Under the pieces are notes generated by a model. That model saw only the letters and a list, made by a program, of their open reading frames with translations, ran no database searches and was not told the origin of the DNA. This document shows positions 27,351 through 36,972 of a DNA stretch of 64,000 nt, piece by piece. The translations under genes were made by a program, and so were the position numbers. Within the stretch, counting starts at the first letter, position 1; each line of letters begins with the position of its first letter. Source of the stretch: Candidatus Marinacidobacterium sp. (lineage in GTDB: Bacteria > Acidobacteriota > Vicinamibacteria > Marinacidobacterales > Marinacidobacteraceae); the NCBI GenBank assembly GCA_965220965.1, contig CBDCRI010000001.1:224001-288000 (forward strand), in the 5' to 3' direction.

Positions 27351-28275
27351 CGGGGGGCCGGGAGCGGCCGGCGCTGAGCGCGTGGCCGTCGACGCGAACA
27401 TCCTGTCCAACCCCTTCGACCGCCGCTTCGTCATGGCGTCATGGGAGGCCTTAGGCGCCCGCGCGCCAGTGCTGCCGCGGGTCGCTCTGGAGCTTTGCGG
27501 CAGGATGGCGGACGGTGAGGTGGCGCATTGGGGGCGTCGGGTGCTGCCGCATGAGGAGCGGCGGGGATGGAGCCACACAGATGAGGACCGCCACCGCATT
27601 CTGCATGCGGTGGACGCGGGCACGCGGGCTTGGGTCGCGGAGGAGATCGACGCGCAGCTCGAAAGGCCGGGCGACGCGCGCCCGGACACGGCGCTCGCCG
27701 CCGTGCGCATGTCGCCGGCGCAGCGCGGCGCCGCGAGCGCCATTGCCCTCGCCATTCCGGACGACTGCTTTCGGGGGGCCAGCCCCAACAACCACCACGG
27801 CGACCGCATGGTGATCGCCGAAGCGTCGGTCATGGGGTTCGCCGCGCTCGCCTCCCACAACCGGATATCCATCGACCGGCGCCGCGTCAACGCCTGGCTC
27901 AGGAAGGGCGTCGGGCTCAACTCGGACTTGGTGTGGGATGCCGACGAGGCCGTGGAGGCCCTGCTCGGCCGAACGGGCGCTGACCCCGACGAGATGCCCC
28001 TGCGCGCCGTCCTGCTTGCCTGCCTGCCGGAAGCCCCGGCCCCTCCCGGGCGCGAGGCGGAGATCGTCGGCCGCTTCATCGACGCGCTTGGCGACTCAAG
28101 CTTCCCGAGCTGCGCCGCCGGGGCGTTGCGGACGTGGACGGGGCCAAGGGGGCTCGAACTGGCGCGGGAGGCCAAGCAGGGGCTGGCGGCGTCGCGGGCC
28201 CGGCAAACGGAGGCCCGCCGCCTCGCCAAGGTCCGCGGGGCGGCCGCGGAGGCCGGATGGGCGCCGTGCCGGTGA
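27331..28275 (+). CDS. PIN-like domain protein
   Basis: VAVDANIL, VLPRVALEL, GDRMVIAEA...LASHN match the PIN acidic-site pattern; start uncertain. Confidence 0.7.
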   Translation: MTSSTCSGGPGAAGAERVAVDANILSNPFDRRFVMASWEALGARAPVLPRVALELCGRMADGEVAHWGRRVLPHEERRGWSHTDEDRHRILHAVDAGTRAWVAEEIDAQLERPGDARPDTALAAVRMSPAQRGAASAIALAIPDDCFRGASPNNHHGDRMVIAEASVMGFAALASHNRISIDRRRVNAWLRKGVGLNSDLVWDADEAVEALLGRTGADPDEMPLRAVLLACLPEAPAPPGREAEIVGRFIDALGDSSFPSCAAGALRTWTGPRGLELAREAKQGLAASRARQTEARRLAKVRGAAAEAGWAPCR

Positions 28276-28389
28276 CGCCCCGCCCCACTCCGGGGCGCGC
28301 GAGCGGTCCCGTGGCGCGCCCGGCAAAACCGGCCAGGGGCGCCGGCAGCGGCCAAGCGCCTCGGCCGAACGAAAACTGGTATAATACGA

Positions 28390-28680
28390 ATGACAGACCG
28401 ACGGATCAGGGCAGGCGAGCCAATGGGCCCAGCAACGTTGAAAGCGACCGCGTTGTCCGCATTCGAGCGGTACGCGAAGCATGGCGACCGCGGCGGGCTG
28501 CCGGAAGCCGACGCCGACGGCTGCGCGGCGGCGTGGGACGCGATGGTCGCGGCGAACGCCGGCTACCGCCTGCGCTCGGTCGGTGGCGCGGCGTTCGGGC
28601 GCTGCGACCTGACCGCGTACCAAGGGCCGGTCAGCGAATTCGTTTTTGAGAGGGAGGCGGCCGGAGGGCCGCCTGCATGA
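28390..28680 (+). CDS. Hypothetical protein
   Basis: TGGTATAAT at 28377-28385 directly upstream; start could be 28423. Confidence 0.55.
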   Translation: MTDRRIRAGEPMGPATLKATALSAFERYAKHGDRGGLPEADADGCAAAWDAMVAANAGYRLRSVGGAAFGRCDLTAYQGPVSEFVFEREAAGGPPA

Positions 28681-28699
28681 GCGTTTGGGGAGGTTGGCA

Positions 28700-28906
28700 A
28701 TGACAGACGCCGTCGACGAGATCATGGCTTACGCCCAAATCAAGGATCTGTCCGGCGAGGACGGCGGCGTGGTGGCCGTTGTCGATCCGGACAGCGCCGG
28801 ATACGCGGCGCTCCCAAGCCGCCTGCGAGGCTACGGAGACGATGCCGAGTCCGCCGAAGCCGATCTGCGATGCGCTGTTGAGCACGCGCTGGCCAGCGAC
28901 GACTAG
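28700..28906 (+). CDS. HicB-like small protein
   Basis: GGAGG RBS; VVAVV...LRGYGDDAESAEADLRCAVE resembles the HicB N-terminal fold. Confidence 0.5.
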   Translation: MTDAVDEIMAYAQIKDLSGEDGGVVAVVDPDSAGYAALPSRLRGYGDDAESAEADLRCAVEHALASDD

Positions 28907-28926
28907 GCTGGCAAACAGGCCGCCAA

Positions 28927-29367
28927 ATGAAAGCGATCATCAACGCATCAGCGCTCAAGGCGTTGACGACGGAGCAGGCGCTCGAAGTCGCGAAGCGCGA
29001 GCATTCCCGCCACGTGGGAATCGAAACGGAATACGGCAAAGCCTGGATAGTGACGGACGGCGGTAACGCACGCGAACGGGAACGGGTAGCGGACGCCATT
29101 CTCGCCGCCGACCGACGGGCGAACGAGCCGAACGTGATCGCCGCCGGGCCCGCGCCGGCCACGCAGCGCCAGCGCGACTATCTCGTTCACCTGATCGCGG
29201 AGGACCAAGGCGCGGCGACTGGATTCGGCGTTGCCCAGGGACTCCCCGAGAGCCTGTCGAAGCGGGAGGCCAGCCGCCTGATCGACAAATTCCTCAAAGC
29301 AGCGCAGGAGGACAGGGAGTGCGCAAGGAGCGACCCCAAGCCTGCCCGGCCTGCCAGCCCGGGCTGA
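28927..29367 (+). CDS. Hypothetical protein
   Basis: PATQRQRDYL...LSKREASRLIDKF (DUF3072-like C-terminal motif). Confidence 0.65.
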   Translation: MKAIINASALKALTTEQALEVAKREHSRHVGIETEYGKAWIVTDGGNARERERVADAILAADRRANEPNVIAAGPAPATQRQRDYLVHLIAEDQGAATGFGVAQGLPESLSKREASRLIDKFLKAAQEDRECARSDPKPARPASPG

Positions 29368-29652
29368 TCAAGGACGGCGCAACGCCCCGCCGCTGCATTC
29401 TGCACGGAGGCGACGACGAGCGCGTGCAGCCGACGAACGCGAGCCTGAACGGGTTCTGGATTGCCGAGAGGGACGGGGGCCGCAGGGCGCCAACCGCCCC
29501 CCGGGAAACGCCAGAGTAGGCGTTGCGCAAACGTCAAGGCCGGTGAGCGCGTCAACTCGCAGTCACGGATGGCGCGCGGTGAATGGGCTTGGGCAGGCAC
29601 TGTTGGACATGCACTGCCCCGTCATCTGAGAGTCCAGTTGAGCACGCTGGAA

Positions 29653-32529
29653 TCATGCGCCGGGGCGGGTGGACTTGCCCCCATGGACGGAGGGCTCCGA
29701 GCACCACTGGAGCCGAAGCAGGTTCAGGCCGTCCTTGAGTGAATCGGGGTAGCCAAGCGCACCGAACAGAACGGCCTCGTCCAGAGCCTTGCGAACCGGA
29801 TCGCGGTACGCTTCGTTGGCTGGCAGGAACTCATGCTCGCTGAAATCCACGAACGTCCTCTCCAAGCGCTGGCGTTGCGTTGCGGAGAGGCTCGCAACAT
29901 CGAAAACGGGCAGGTCGGGGACAGCGGATATGGAAAGTCTCGACCGCCCCTGCTGCTGCCTGGAGCCGCTCCACCAGTGCAGCATCAACCCCAAGGTAGT
30001 ATTTAGCCAAAGGAGCAACGGACGCTCGCAAGGCTCATTGCGGGGCAGCAGGTTTGGCCAAGCCGGGCCCCCGATACAGGGCAACGGTGTCAGGCAGGCA
30101 CCCAAGCTCTGGGAATTGAGCCGGAAGTCCTGATTGTAGTGCAGGCGCGACGCAGTGGCGCCCCATGTGGCAGCCGCCTGGTCGCGCATGCCCGGCCTGA
30201 CCTTTCCCCGCGATTTGGGCTCAACAATGAGGCGGCGCTCAGTATCTGCTCGGTGGCTCCACAGTGCCGGATAGGTTGGAGCCCCCCGTCCGTCCCAAGG
30301 CTCCACGTCAAACGCTCCCCTCCCGTCCTTGCCATTGATGTCCCGATGCAAAAGGCCTCGACCAGCGATTTTCGCCAGCTTCACGATGGGGAAGTCAATG
30401 GAACGAGCTTGTCGTGGAAGCCGCAGACGGCCGCCACGGAGGCCGACCAGAGTGTCAGCAACTTCGGCCTCCAGAACACCGACCGCCCCGGTGTCGGCGA
30501 AGGTACCGGCAACGCCAATCCTGCCAAGCTGGATGGCCCTTGCCACCTCGTGCGCTTCCATGGCGGTTTTCGGCCTACGACGCAGGCTTACGAAGCGAGC
30601 TGTGGCCTTGGCGGCGCCAATGCCCTTCTCAGTTCGGGTGGCCACCACGAGGCACTCCGCCATGCTTGTGTCGGCGGAGAAGGCGCGGTCTTGGGAGCCG
30701 CTTACGGCCATTGACGCCACGGTGACGTCATCGTAGAACCGTTCGAGCGCACCTCGGGCGCGCTCCCAGGACCGCCCCGCCGCAAAAGTTAAAGGCAAGA
30801 CAAGCGCCAGGACTCCCCCTTTCCTTACCTTTTCGTGGGCCAGATCCATGAAGTGCGATGCGAGCCCCGCGTTGCCATGGCCGAAAAGCTTCTCATGTCT
30901 CTTGAGCTTTTCGGCCATGGCATCTTGCTCCGCTGTTGAGGTCCCGAACCCGGCAAAGGCGGGGACTGGGATGTCGGCCTTTTCCGCCTCGTGGTTTGTG
31001 GACCTAGGGAAGGGAGGGTTCATGATCACGAGATCGAACGAGGCCTGCTCGACGTTGAAACCTCCACCGCCATCCTCAGCCGAACCGGTCGGTGACATCC
31101 CCCTCCCTCCGAAGTCGTCGCCCCTGTTGAGGCCAGAAGATTCGAACAGCCCGTGCGCGACATCGCCGAATCGGAGGTCAAGAGCCCCAATGTACGCCGT
31201 ATCCGCCGGGAGGCCGCGGCTCTCGGACAGTTTCCCGTCCAAGCCGTACGGCAAAACCCGGACCAAAGACTGTTCGTAGCGTGCGCTCGGGTGCGCGCTT
31301 GACAGCATGGACGCGGTTAGGTGCGCCGCCGAGGGCATGATGTCCGTCCCCAGAAGAACCTTCTCCATGAAGCTGTGGTGTAGCACGGCATCGTCCAAGC
31401 CGGCCCTGCGAACCCTGCGGTACATCGCCCTTTGGGCCGCGGCGAGCAGCGCGCCGGTTCCGCAGGCGAAGTCCGCGACCCTCAGTGACTTGACCGCCTC
31501 TGGATCGGACCAGTCGACGGGCAGCTTGGAGATGGCTAGATCGGCCAGCAGGCTGGCAGATGCTGGCAGCGTGTAGAAGGTCCCGAGAAGCTTTCGATCC
31601 GTGATTAGCGTCTGGAACATGCGTGCGGCGAGATCATGGAAGGTTGACGCGCCGACGTCGACGAGGTTCGCTGCCACCTCGCCGGCCCGTCCAAGCAGGC
31701 CATTCGCCAACCGGGCGGGAAGCGGATCGAGCACGGACCTCGCAATGCTGAAGACAGGCCAGTAGTTGACCTTGAGAATCCGGTCCCAGCAGCGCACGAC
31801 GCGGCTTTTGAGGTAGCCCCTAGGCCCTTGCCCTTCCTTCACGTAAGGGATCCCGCGCTGCCCCTCTATGGCGTGGTGGAAGATGAACGCATTAACGATG
31901 ATCGCCGTGGCCATCCGCGTCGTCTGCGCGCCGGGCTCCTGGTGCAGAGCCTCGGCAACTCGGTCCATGGCTTCCGTGCCAACTGCCGACGCATCCAGCG
32001 CGGCGCCAGCGTCCCGGACCCCATCCGCCAGCAGCTGGCCGCCTTCGCGGATTCGCCGTTCGGAAAGCGAGACCGTCTCAACCGCATCGGCGAGTTCGTC
32101 CACAGATCCCCGCATCCATTCCCCGCCGCGCTTTGGCCAGCGTTCGATGGCGCTTGCCACATTTAGCTGATGGATCGCGTAGCGCAGCTCGGCTCCCTCG
32201 AGGCGCGAGGCGGTCAGCCCCTTCGGAAGCAGAAGCGAGACGCCCGACTCAATGGGGTCACCGGTGGAGTCAACGGTCAAGCCGATCCGGCCCTCGACCT
32301 GCTCAGTCACGAGCCCTTCGGCGCCGGGCGCGTCGAACTTGGCCTCCACCGCGACGGGCTGCCCACCCGGGTTCGTGATTAGGACGTCGACCTTCAACGC
32401 ACGGTTCTCACGTATGACGCCGGTGGAATCTATGTGGACGTTGGACTCGTCCCAGCGCGGGTGGCGTGCGATGAGCAGATTGCCCAGTTTGGCGTTTAGC
32501 ACCTCTTCGCGTTGGCGGGATGGCGCCAT
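29653..32529 (-). CDS. Type IIG restriction-modification enzyme (nuclease + N6-adenine MTase + TRD)
   Basis: N-terminal VDVL...VEAK; GTFYT; DFACGTGALL; MNPPF; GGAGG RBS; lower GC than flanks. Confidence 0.85.
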   Translation of the reverse strand: MAPSRQREEVLNAKLGNLLIARHPRWDESNVHIDSTGVIRENRALKVDVLITNPGGQPVAVEAKFDAPGAEGLVTEQVEGRIGLTVDSTGDPIESGVSLLLPKGLTASRLEGAELRYAIHQLNVASAIERWPKRGGEWMRGSVDELADAVETVSLSERRIREGGQLLADGVRDAGAALDASAVGTEAMDRVAEALHQEPGAQTTRMATAIIVNAFIFHHAIEGQRGIPYVKEGQGPRGYLKSRVVRCWDRILKVNYWPVFSIARSVLDPLPARLANGLLGRAGEVAANLVDVGASTFHDLAARMFQTLITDRKLLGTFYTLPASASLLADLAISKLPVDWSDPEAVKSLRVADFACGTGALLAAAQRAMYRRVRRAGLDDAVLHHSFMEKVLLGTDIMPSAAHLTASMLSSAHPSARYEQSLVRVLPYGLDGKLSESRGLPADTAYIGALDLRFGDVAHGLFESSGLNRGDDFGGRGMSPTGSAEDGGGGFNVEQASFDLVIMNPPFPRSTNHEAEKADIPVPAFAGFGTSTAEQDAMAEKLKRHEKLFGHGNAGLASHFMDLAHEKVRKGGVLALVLPLTFAAGRSWERARGALERFYDDVTVASMAVSGSQDRAFSADTSMAECLVVATRTEKGIGAAKATARFVSLRRRPKTAMEAHEVARAIQLGRIGVAGTFADTGAVGVLEAEVADTLVGLRGGRLRLPRQARSIDFPIVKLAKIAGRGLLHRDINGKDGRGAFDVEPWDGRGAPTYPALWSHRADTERRLIVEPKSRGKVRPGMRDQAAATWGATASRLHYNQDFRLNSQSLGACLTPLPCIGGPAWPNLLPRNEPCERPLLLWLNTTLGLMLHWWSGSRQQQGRSRLSISAVPDLPVFDVASLSATQRQRLERTFVDFSEHEFLPANEAYRDPVRKALDEAVLFGALGYPDSLKDGLNLLRLQWCSEPSVHGGKSTRPGA

Positions 32530-32607
32530 TAAGAACCTCCAGCTTTGCCAGTGACAGCAGCATTGTGCATTGCGCCCAGCGCAGATGCGCGGGATTAATT
32601 TTCTCGG

Positions 32608-32856
32608 TCAAGTCGACCTTTCGTTCAGGCCGGCAACCTCGCTATACGAGAGTTCGGCCAGAAGGGACCGCCGCGCCACGGAGAGGGCGACTTCCATGAT
32701 CCCTTCCGGCGGCATTTCCCGGTATTGGCTGGAAGTGATCGCCTGTGGTCCCCAAGTCTCCCTCTCCGCCTTTTCGGCGGCGGAGACCAAGAGACGCCGG
32801 GTCTCTTCGATGTCACTCGCAAGGTCATCGATGGTTATGGCTATGCTCATGCCCAT
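32608..32856 (-). CDS. Small hypothetical protein
   Basis: GGGAGA RBS; co-oriented upstream of the IIG gene. Confidence 0.5.
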   Translation of the reverse strand: MGMSIAITIDDLASDIEETRRLLVSAAEKAERETWGPQAITSSQYREMPPEGIMEVALSVARRSLLAELSYSEVAGLNERST

Positions 32857-33071
32857 TTTCTCCCGATCTGTGTGTGTTTGGCTACGCAGGTCAGGCGCGA
32901 CCGCTGATGGTGACCGCTAAATGGCCCCCATCTTTTTGCGCTGTCTTGCGGCGCTGATCGAGCCCTGCACGGAAGGCCACTGAGTCAGAGCCGGATTGGG
33001 CGGCCATGACCGCAAGCTGGACCGTGCCCGAGCCGTTGGAGCCGTGGCAGCATGTGGCGGCCAGGCCCATG

Positions 33072-33332
33072 CTAGCGCTCCGCTCCGTCGTTGTGGATCC
33101 GGATCAAAACGCTGACCGTTTCCCGTCTTGTCGGTCCGTTGCAGGCATCCCCCTTGCAGTGCGGCTCGCCAAGGAAGCCGTGCCAGAATTGCGGCGATCC
33201 ATGCGCATAGCCATCACCTATCTTGAAGCCCTCTTCCCATCCCGGTCGCATCACCGAGCCTACCGGCTCATGGTCGCAAAGGACGTCATAGCCCTGCCTG
33301 TCATCCCTGAATCGCAATCCGACATTAGCCAT
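33072..33332 (-). CDS. Small hypothetical protein
   Basis: ATG 33332 with GGAG RBS. Confidence 0.45.
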   Translation of the reverse strand: MANVGLRFRDDRQGYDVLCDHEPVGSVMRPGWEEGFKIGDGYAHGSPQFWHGFLGEPHCKGDACNGPTRRETVSVLIRIHNDGAER

Positions 33333-33370
33333 CAGTCCACTCCGTTGGTTGATGTCCGCGCCTTTCGAGG

Positions 33371-33628
33371 TCAAAGCGGACGCCCCCTGCCCCGCTCCGC
33401 CAGATCGTGCTCGCGCTGCCCCTTCATCCGGCGGGCCAGCTCCGTCCACGCCGTCCAGTCGGCCCGCTTGGCCGGCGGCCACTCGGCCATCGCCGCGGGC
33501 GTCGGGGCGATGCGAAGGGCCTCCTCGTAGTGCCCGCGGCGCAGCGCCCTGATGAACGGGTGCGTGATGTCCTCATCGGTCCGCCTCCAGCCCCTTTGCA
33601 CGTGCCCAAGCCCGAATTCGCCGTCCAC
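33371..33628 (-). CDS. Small hypothetical protein
   Basis: GTG with GAGGAAAGG RBS; TATAGT upstream; ends ERGRGRPL. Confidence 0.6.
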   Translation of the reverse strand: MDGEFGLGHVQRGWRRTDEDITHPFIRALRRGHYEEALRIAPTPAAMAEWPPAKRADWTAWTELARRMKGQREHDLAERGRGRPL

Positions 33629-33661
33629 GGCAACCTTTCTCCTCTGCCAAGTGGGGCGCGA

Positions 33662-34177
33662 CTATACTGGACGCATGAACATGTTCGCAAGAACGGCCGG
33701 GCTCCCCGCCGAGGGGCCGCCGCTCCGGGGGCGGCGGCCTTCGCCCCCGCTGGCCATCGCCGACGGTCGGCGGGCCGTGGCCGGCCGATGGCTGAGCTGC
33801 GCAAGGCGGGCGAGCGCCAGCCCAACCGCCGCGGCCTCCGTCGCCCCGCTGGCGGCTGCGGCGTTGCCGCGCCCGTCCGCAACCTCAACGCTCCAATGGC
33901 TGGCCGGAAAGCCCCGGCCGTCGCGCTTGATGGCGATCCGGGCCAGGCCGCGCAGGCGCGGCCAGATGGCGGGCTGGAGATCAATCCGGACCGCCGCCAA
34001 AGCGGCCGCCGCTGCCGCCTCAAGGCAGTCCGCCTCGGCGCGGGCCTCCTCCACGCCGGCCAGGCCGCCACGCCCGACGGCCGCGACCGCCGCCCAGCGA
34101 CCATTGCGCTTCACGCCCGCGGCCAGGCGGAGCCAATAGACGCCCGTGCCGGGCCTCCGTTCGGCGCGCCGCATCAT
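33662..34177 (-). CDS. Hypothetical protein
   Basis: ATGA overlap with the dUTPase-like stop. Confidence 0.5.
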   Translation of the reverse strand: MMRRAERRPGTGVYWLRLAAGVKRNGRWAAVAAVGRGGLAGVEEARAEADCLEAAAAAALAAVRIDLQPAIWPRLRGLARIAIKRDGRGFPASHWSVEVADGRGNAAAASGATEAAAVGLALARLAQLSHRPATARRPSAMASGGEGRRPRSGGPSAGSPAVLANMFMRPV

Positions 34178-35184
34178 CGCGGCTGGGGCTCGGCGGCAGG
34201 CTTGGCGGGCCCTTCTCGCGGAGCGCCGGGAGCCGGTGCCCGCAGATCCAGCCCCTGGGCCTTGAGCAACGCACGAACTGCGCCGAACGCCTCCGTCGGC
34301 AAGGGCATGCCCCTCAGGCTGCATCGGGCCATCCGGTCGACCGCCAAACGGGCCGCTTCGATGGACGGGGGCTGAACCTCCGGAGGGGGGCCGTCGATGA
34401 GCCCATGCAGCGATTCCAAGTTGGCGCGGACGCCGTCCCAGTCGGAGGGCTGGAGCCGCCACCACTTCCATCCGAGGGCGTCCATCAAGCGGGCGCAGAC
34501 CTCCCATCCGTGGGCCGGCGGCTCCTCCGGCGCGGGCTGCGCATCCCCTCCCCCTTCGGGCAGCGGCTCGGTCCCGGCCTGGAAGGCCTCCAGGCGGCCA
34601 AGCACGCGGTAGGCCAGCTCCCGCGCGCTCCCGGCCGAGACCCCCTGCATGGCCGCCAGCAGCGCCACGTTGTCCCCGGCGCCGCTCCAGCGCGGATCGT
34701 AAGCCCCTTGCTTGGCGCCGTTGCGCAGACGGAACAGGGAAAGGGCGTGCTTGCCCGCCGACAGCCGCAGGAGGTCCTCGGCGCTCATGCTGGCGGCCTG
34801 GAGCATCCCGGCGAAGGCGCCAGGCGCGAAGAAGGGGAGGATGAGCGCCCGTTCCGCCATCACCGTGGCGGCGCGCTCGAATTCCATTTCCGGCGGCGGC
34901 GGGGGGTCGAACGCGCGCAATGCGAAGGCGTCCTCGCCCCGGGCCATCAGGTCGCACAGGCCGAAGTGCCAGACGTCCACCACCTCAAGCCGGAACAGCC
35001 CCTCGGCGCGCTTGGTTGGCGCGGCGCCGCGCCGTCGGAACGCCTCAAGCGCCTCGGCGCACTCCATCCAGACGGCGCGATGGAACGGGAAGCCCGCCGC
35101 CTTCCAGATGGGCGCGACCTCCCGGCCGTGCTCCTCCTGCATGGCGACCATGGCGCGCAACATCGATTCCGGTGTCCCTTCCAT
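34174..35184 (-). CDS. Dimeric (all-alpha) dUTPase-like protein, rearranged/degenerate
   Basis: RAVWMECAEALE, LEVVDVWHFGL, GKHALSLFRLRNGAKQGAY..RW..DN; GWKWW motif lies in a C-terminal extension. Confidence 0.75.
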   Translation of the reverse strand: MEGTPESMLRAMVAMQEEHGREVAPIWKAAGFPFHRAVWMECAEALEAFRRRGAAPTKRAEGLFRLEVVDVWHFGLCDLMARGEDAFALRAFDPPPPPEMEFERAATVMAERALILPFFAPGAFAGMLQAASMSAEDLLRLSAGKHALSLFRLRNGAKQGAYDPRWSGAGDNVALLAAMQGVSAGSARELAYRVLGRLEAFQAGTEPLPEGGGDAQPAPEEPPAHGWEVCARLMDALGWKWWRLQPSDWDGVRANLESLHGLIDGPPPEVQPPSIEAARLAVDRMARCSLRGMPLPTEAFGAVRALLKAQGLDLRAPAPGAPREGPAKPAAEPQPR

Positions 35185-35217
35185 CCTTTCGCTCCATCCC
35201 CTGCGGCTGAGAGCCGC

Positions 35218-36426
35218 TCAAGCCGTCCCGCCGGCCCTTCCGTCAGCCTGCGCCGCGGCTGCCCCGGCGGGCAGGATGGCGGTCACGACCGTGCCCGCCG
35301 CCCTCGGCAGCCCGTCAATCACGCTCGGCGCCCCCGTCCCCCCTGCCCCACCGTCGGGCGACGCCGCCGCCAGCAGCTCCGCCGTTGACGAGCGGATGCG
35401 CAGGACGCCGCCGAACTCCCCGACCCGGCGCAGGATGCGCCCCATCCCAAGGCCGCTGTTGGGGCCGCGCTTGGCGGTGGCGAGGTCAGGCAGCGAGCCC
35501 TCGAGGTGCGCGCCGTCGCGGAAGCCCGGCCCCGTGTCGAGCACGGAGGCCTCCAGCAGCGGCGCGCCCTCGCCGAAGCCTTGGCGCAGGCCGGACGCCC
35601 AGCGCTCAAGCCCAGGGTGCCTGGCGTCGGCGAACCTTCCCGGCGACATGGCCTCGGGCGCGAAGCGCCGAAGGCCCACCAGGATGGCGCGCAGCCCCTT
35701 GGCCTCGAGCGGGCGCCAGCAAGCGGCGTAGCCGTGCTCCACCGCGTTGCGGAAGGCTTCGTGAATAACGTGGCCCAGCGGCAGGGCGGAGTCGTCCAGC
35801 AAGGGCGCCGTCCCCCGCAGCGCGTCGGCGCCCAAGGCCGCCTGGAGGGCGTTCGCCGCCCAGAAGTGCATCTCCCTGGGCGAGACGACCAGAAAGCCGT
35901 GGGCCTGCACGTCGAACAGCTCGAACGCACGCGGCCGGCGCAGGTACGCGGAGACGTGGAAGCCCAGATTGGGCGGCCAGTCCGGGAAGACCAGCTCGCA
36001 GGCGGACGCGCCTCCGGCGTCCGCGTGGCGCCGTTCGGCCATCGCGAGCAAGCGCCTCTGCGCCTCCTCGCGCAAGGCCCGCCAAGCGGGCCGCCAGCCG
36101 CAATGGCCCTCACCGCGGCACACGACGTGGTCGGAGAGGAGCGCCAAGGCCATTCCGGGAAGGTCGCCGGCCACGCTGCGCAGGCGGTGGCCGGGGGCCA
36201 GCCTGACGTGCGCCTCAGCGGCGCGGGGAGCGGCGCCGGCCGCCCAGGTGGCGATGGCCTGCGCGCAGGCGGCGGCGCGGCCGGGGGCGGGCGCGTCGAC
36301 GAACGGGCCGGAGAGCGAGAGCCGCAAGGGGCAGTCCCGGGGCTCGCGCGCGGCGGCCATCAAGCCGTCGTACTCGGCGCAGCCGTCGCTGGCGCGAAGC
36401 GCCCACGCCCGGGGGGCGCCGGTCAT
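35218..36426 (-). CDS. Histidine-kinase-like (GHKL) ATPase-domain protein
   Basis: HEAFRNAVEHG (N box), VLDTGPGF (G1), SGLGM (G2), GVLRIRS. Confidence 0.7.
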   Translation of the reverse strand: MTGAPRAWALRASDGCAEYDGLMAAAREPRDCPLRLSLSGPFVDAPAPGRAAACAQAIATWAAGAAPRAAEAHVRLAPGHRLRSVAGDLPGMALALLSDHVVCRGEGHCGWRPAWRALREEAQRRLLAMAERRHADAGGASACELVFPDWPPNLGFHVSAYLRRPRAFELFDVQAHGFLVVSPREMHFWAANALQAALGADALRGTAPLLDDSALPLGHVIHEAFRNAVEHGYAACWRPLEAKGLRAILVGLRRFAPEAMSPGRFADARHPGLERWASGLRQGFGEGAPLLEASVLDTGPGFRDGAHLEGSLPDLATAKRGPNSGLGMGRILRRVGEFGGVLRIRSSTAELLAAASPDGGAGGTGAPSVIDGLPRAAGTVVTAILPAGAAAAQADGRAGGTA

Positions 36427-36432
36427 TGGGGG

Positions 36433-36789
36433 TCAAGCTCCAAAGCGGCCTCCCGTTGCAGGACGCGCTCGCAATGGAGCGCCAAGGCCATTCCCGGAAG
36501 GCCGGCCGCCGTGCGGCTCAGCGGCGCGGTGGGAGGCGCCGGCCAACCAGCCGTCGCGGATCATTTTGAAGCCGGATTCCCGCATGGCGACAGCCCATGC
36601 GAACCACAGCTCGTCGGCCCTGGCGTCGGCCTCCTCGGACAGGCGGCGAAGCCGGTCAGCCTCCCCGTCCTCGGCCCGCTCCTCGGCGGCGCAAGCCTCC
36701 GACGCGAACAGGACGCTCGCGCCGCTGGCGGTGGCCGCCGCCTCACGCAACTCGACGGCTCGCATCATGCTCGTTGCCGGGATTGCCAT
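36433..36789 (-). CDS. Hypothetical protein
   Basis: ATG with GGGAGA RBS; TGGTATAAT upstream (~36872-36880). Confidence 0.5.
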   Translation of the reverse strand: MAIPATSMMRAVELREAAATASGASVLFASEACAAEERAEDGEADRLRRLSEEADARADELWFAWAVAMRESGFKMIRDGWLAGASHRAAEPHGGRPSGNGLGAPLRARPATGGRFGA

Positions 36790-36972
36790 GGGCAGGTCTC
36801 TCCCTTCGTGGCTTGGTTCCAATGGCGCGCGCAAGGCAGGGCCGAAGCGCGTTCCGATTGGTCACACTTGCATTATACCATAGTCGCCGCGCGCCCCCTC
36901 CAAGGCGGCGGGAGACGCATTGCCCGGCCGCCGTCCGATCAAGCCGCCCGTGAAGGCTGGGCCGCGGCAGGC

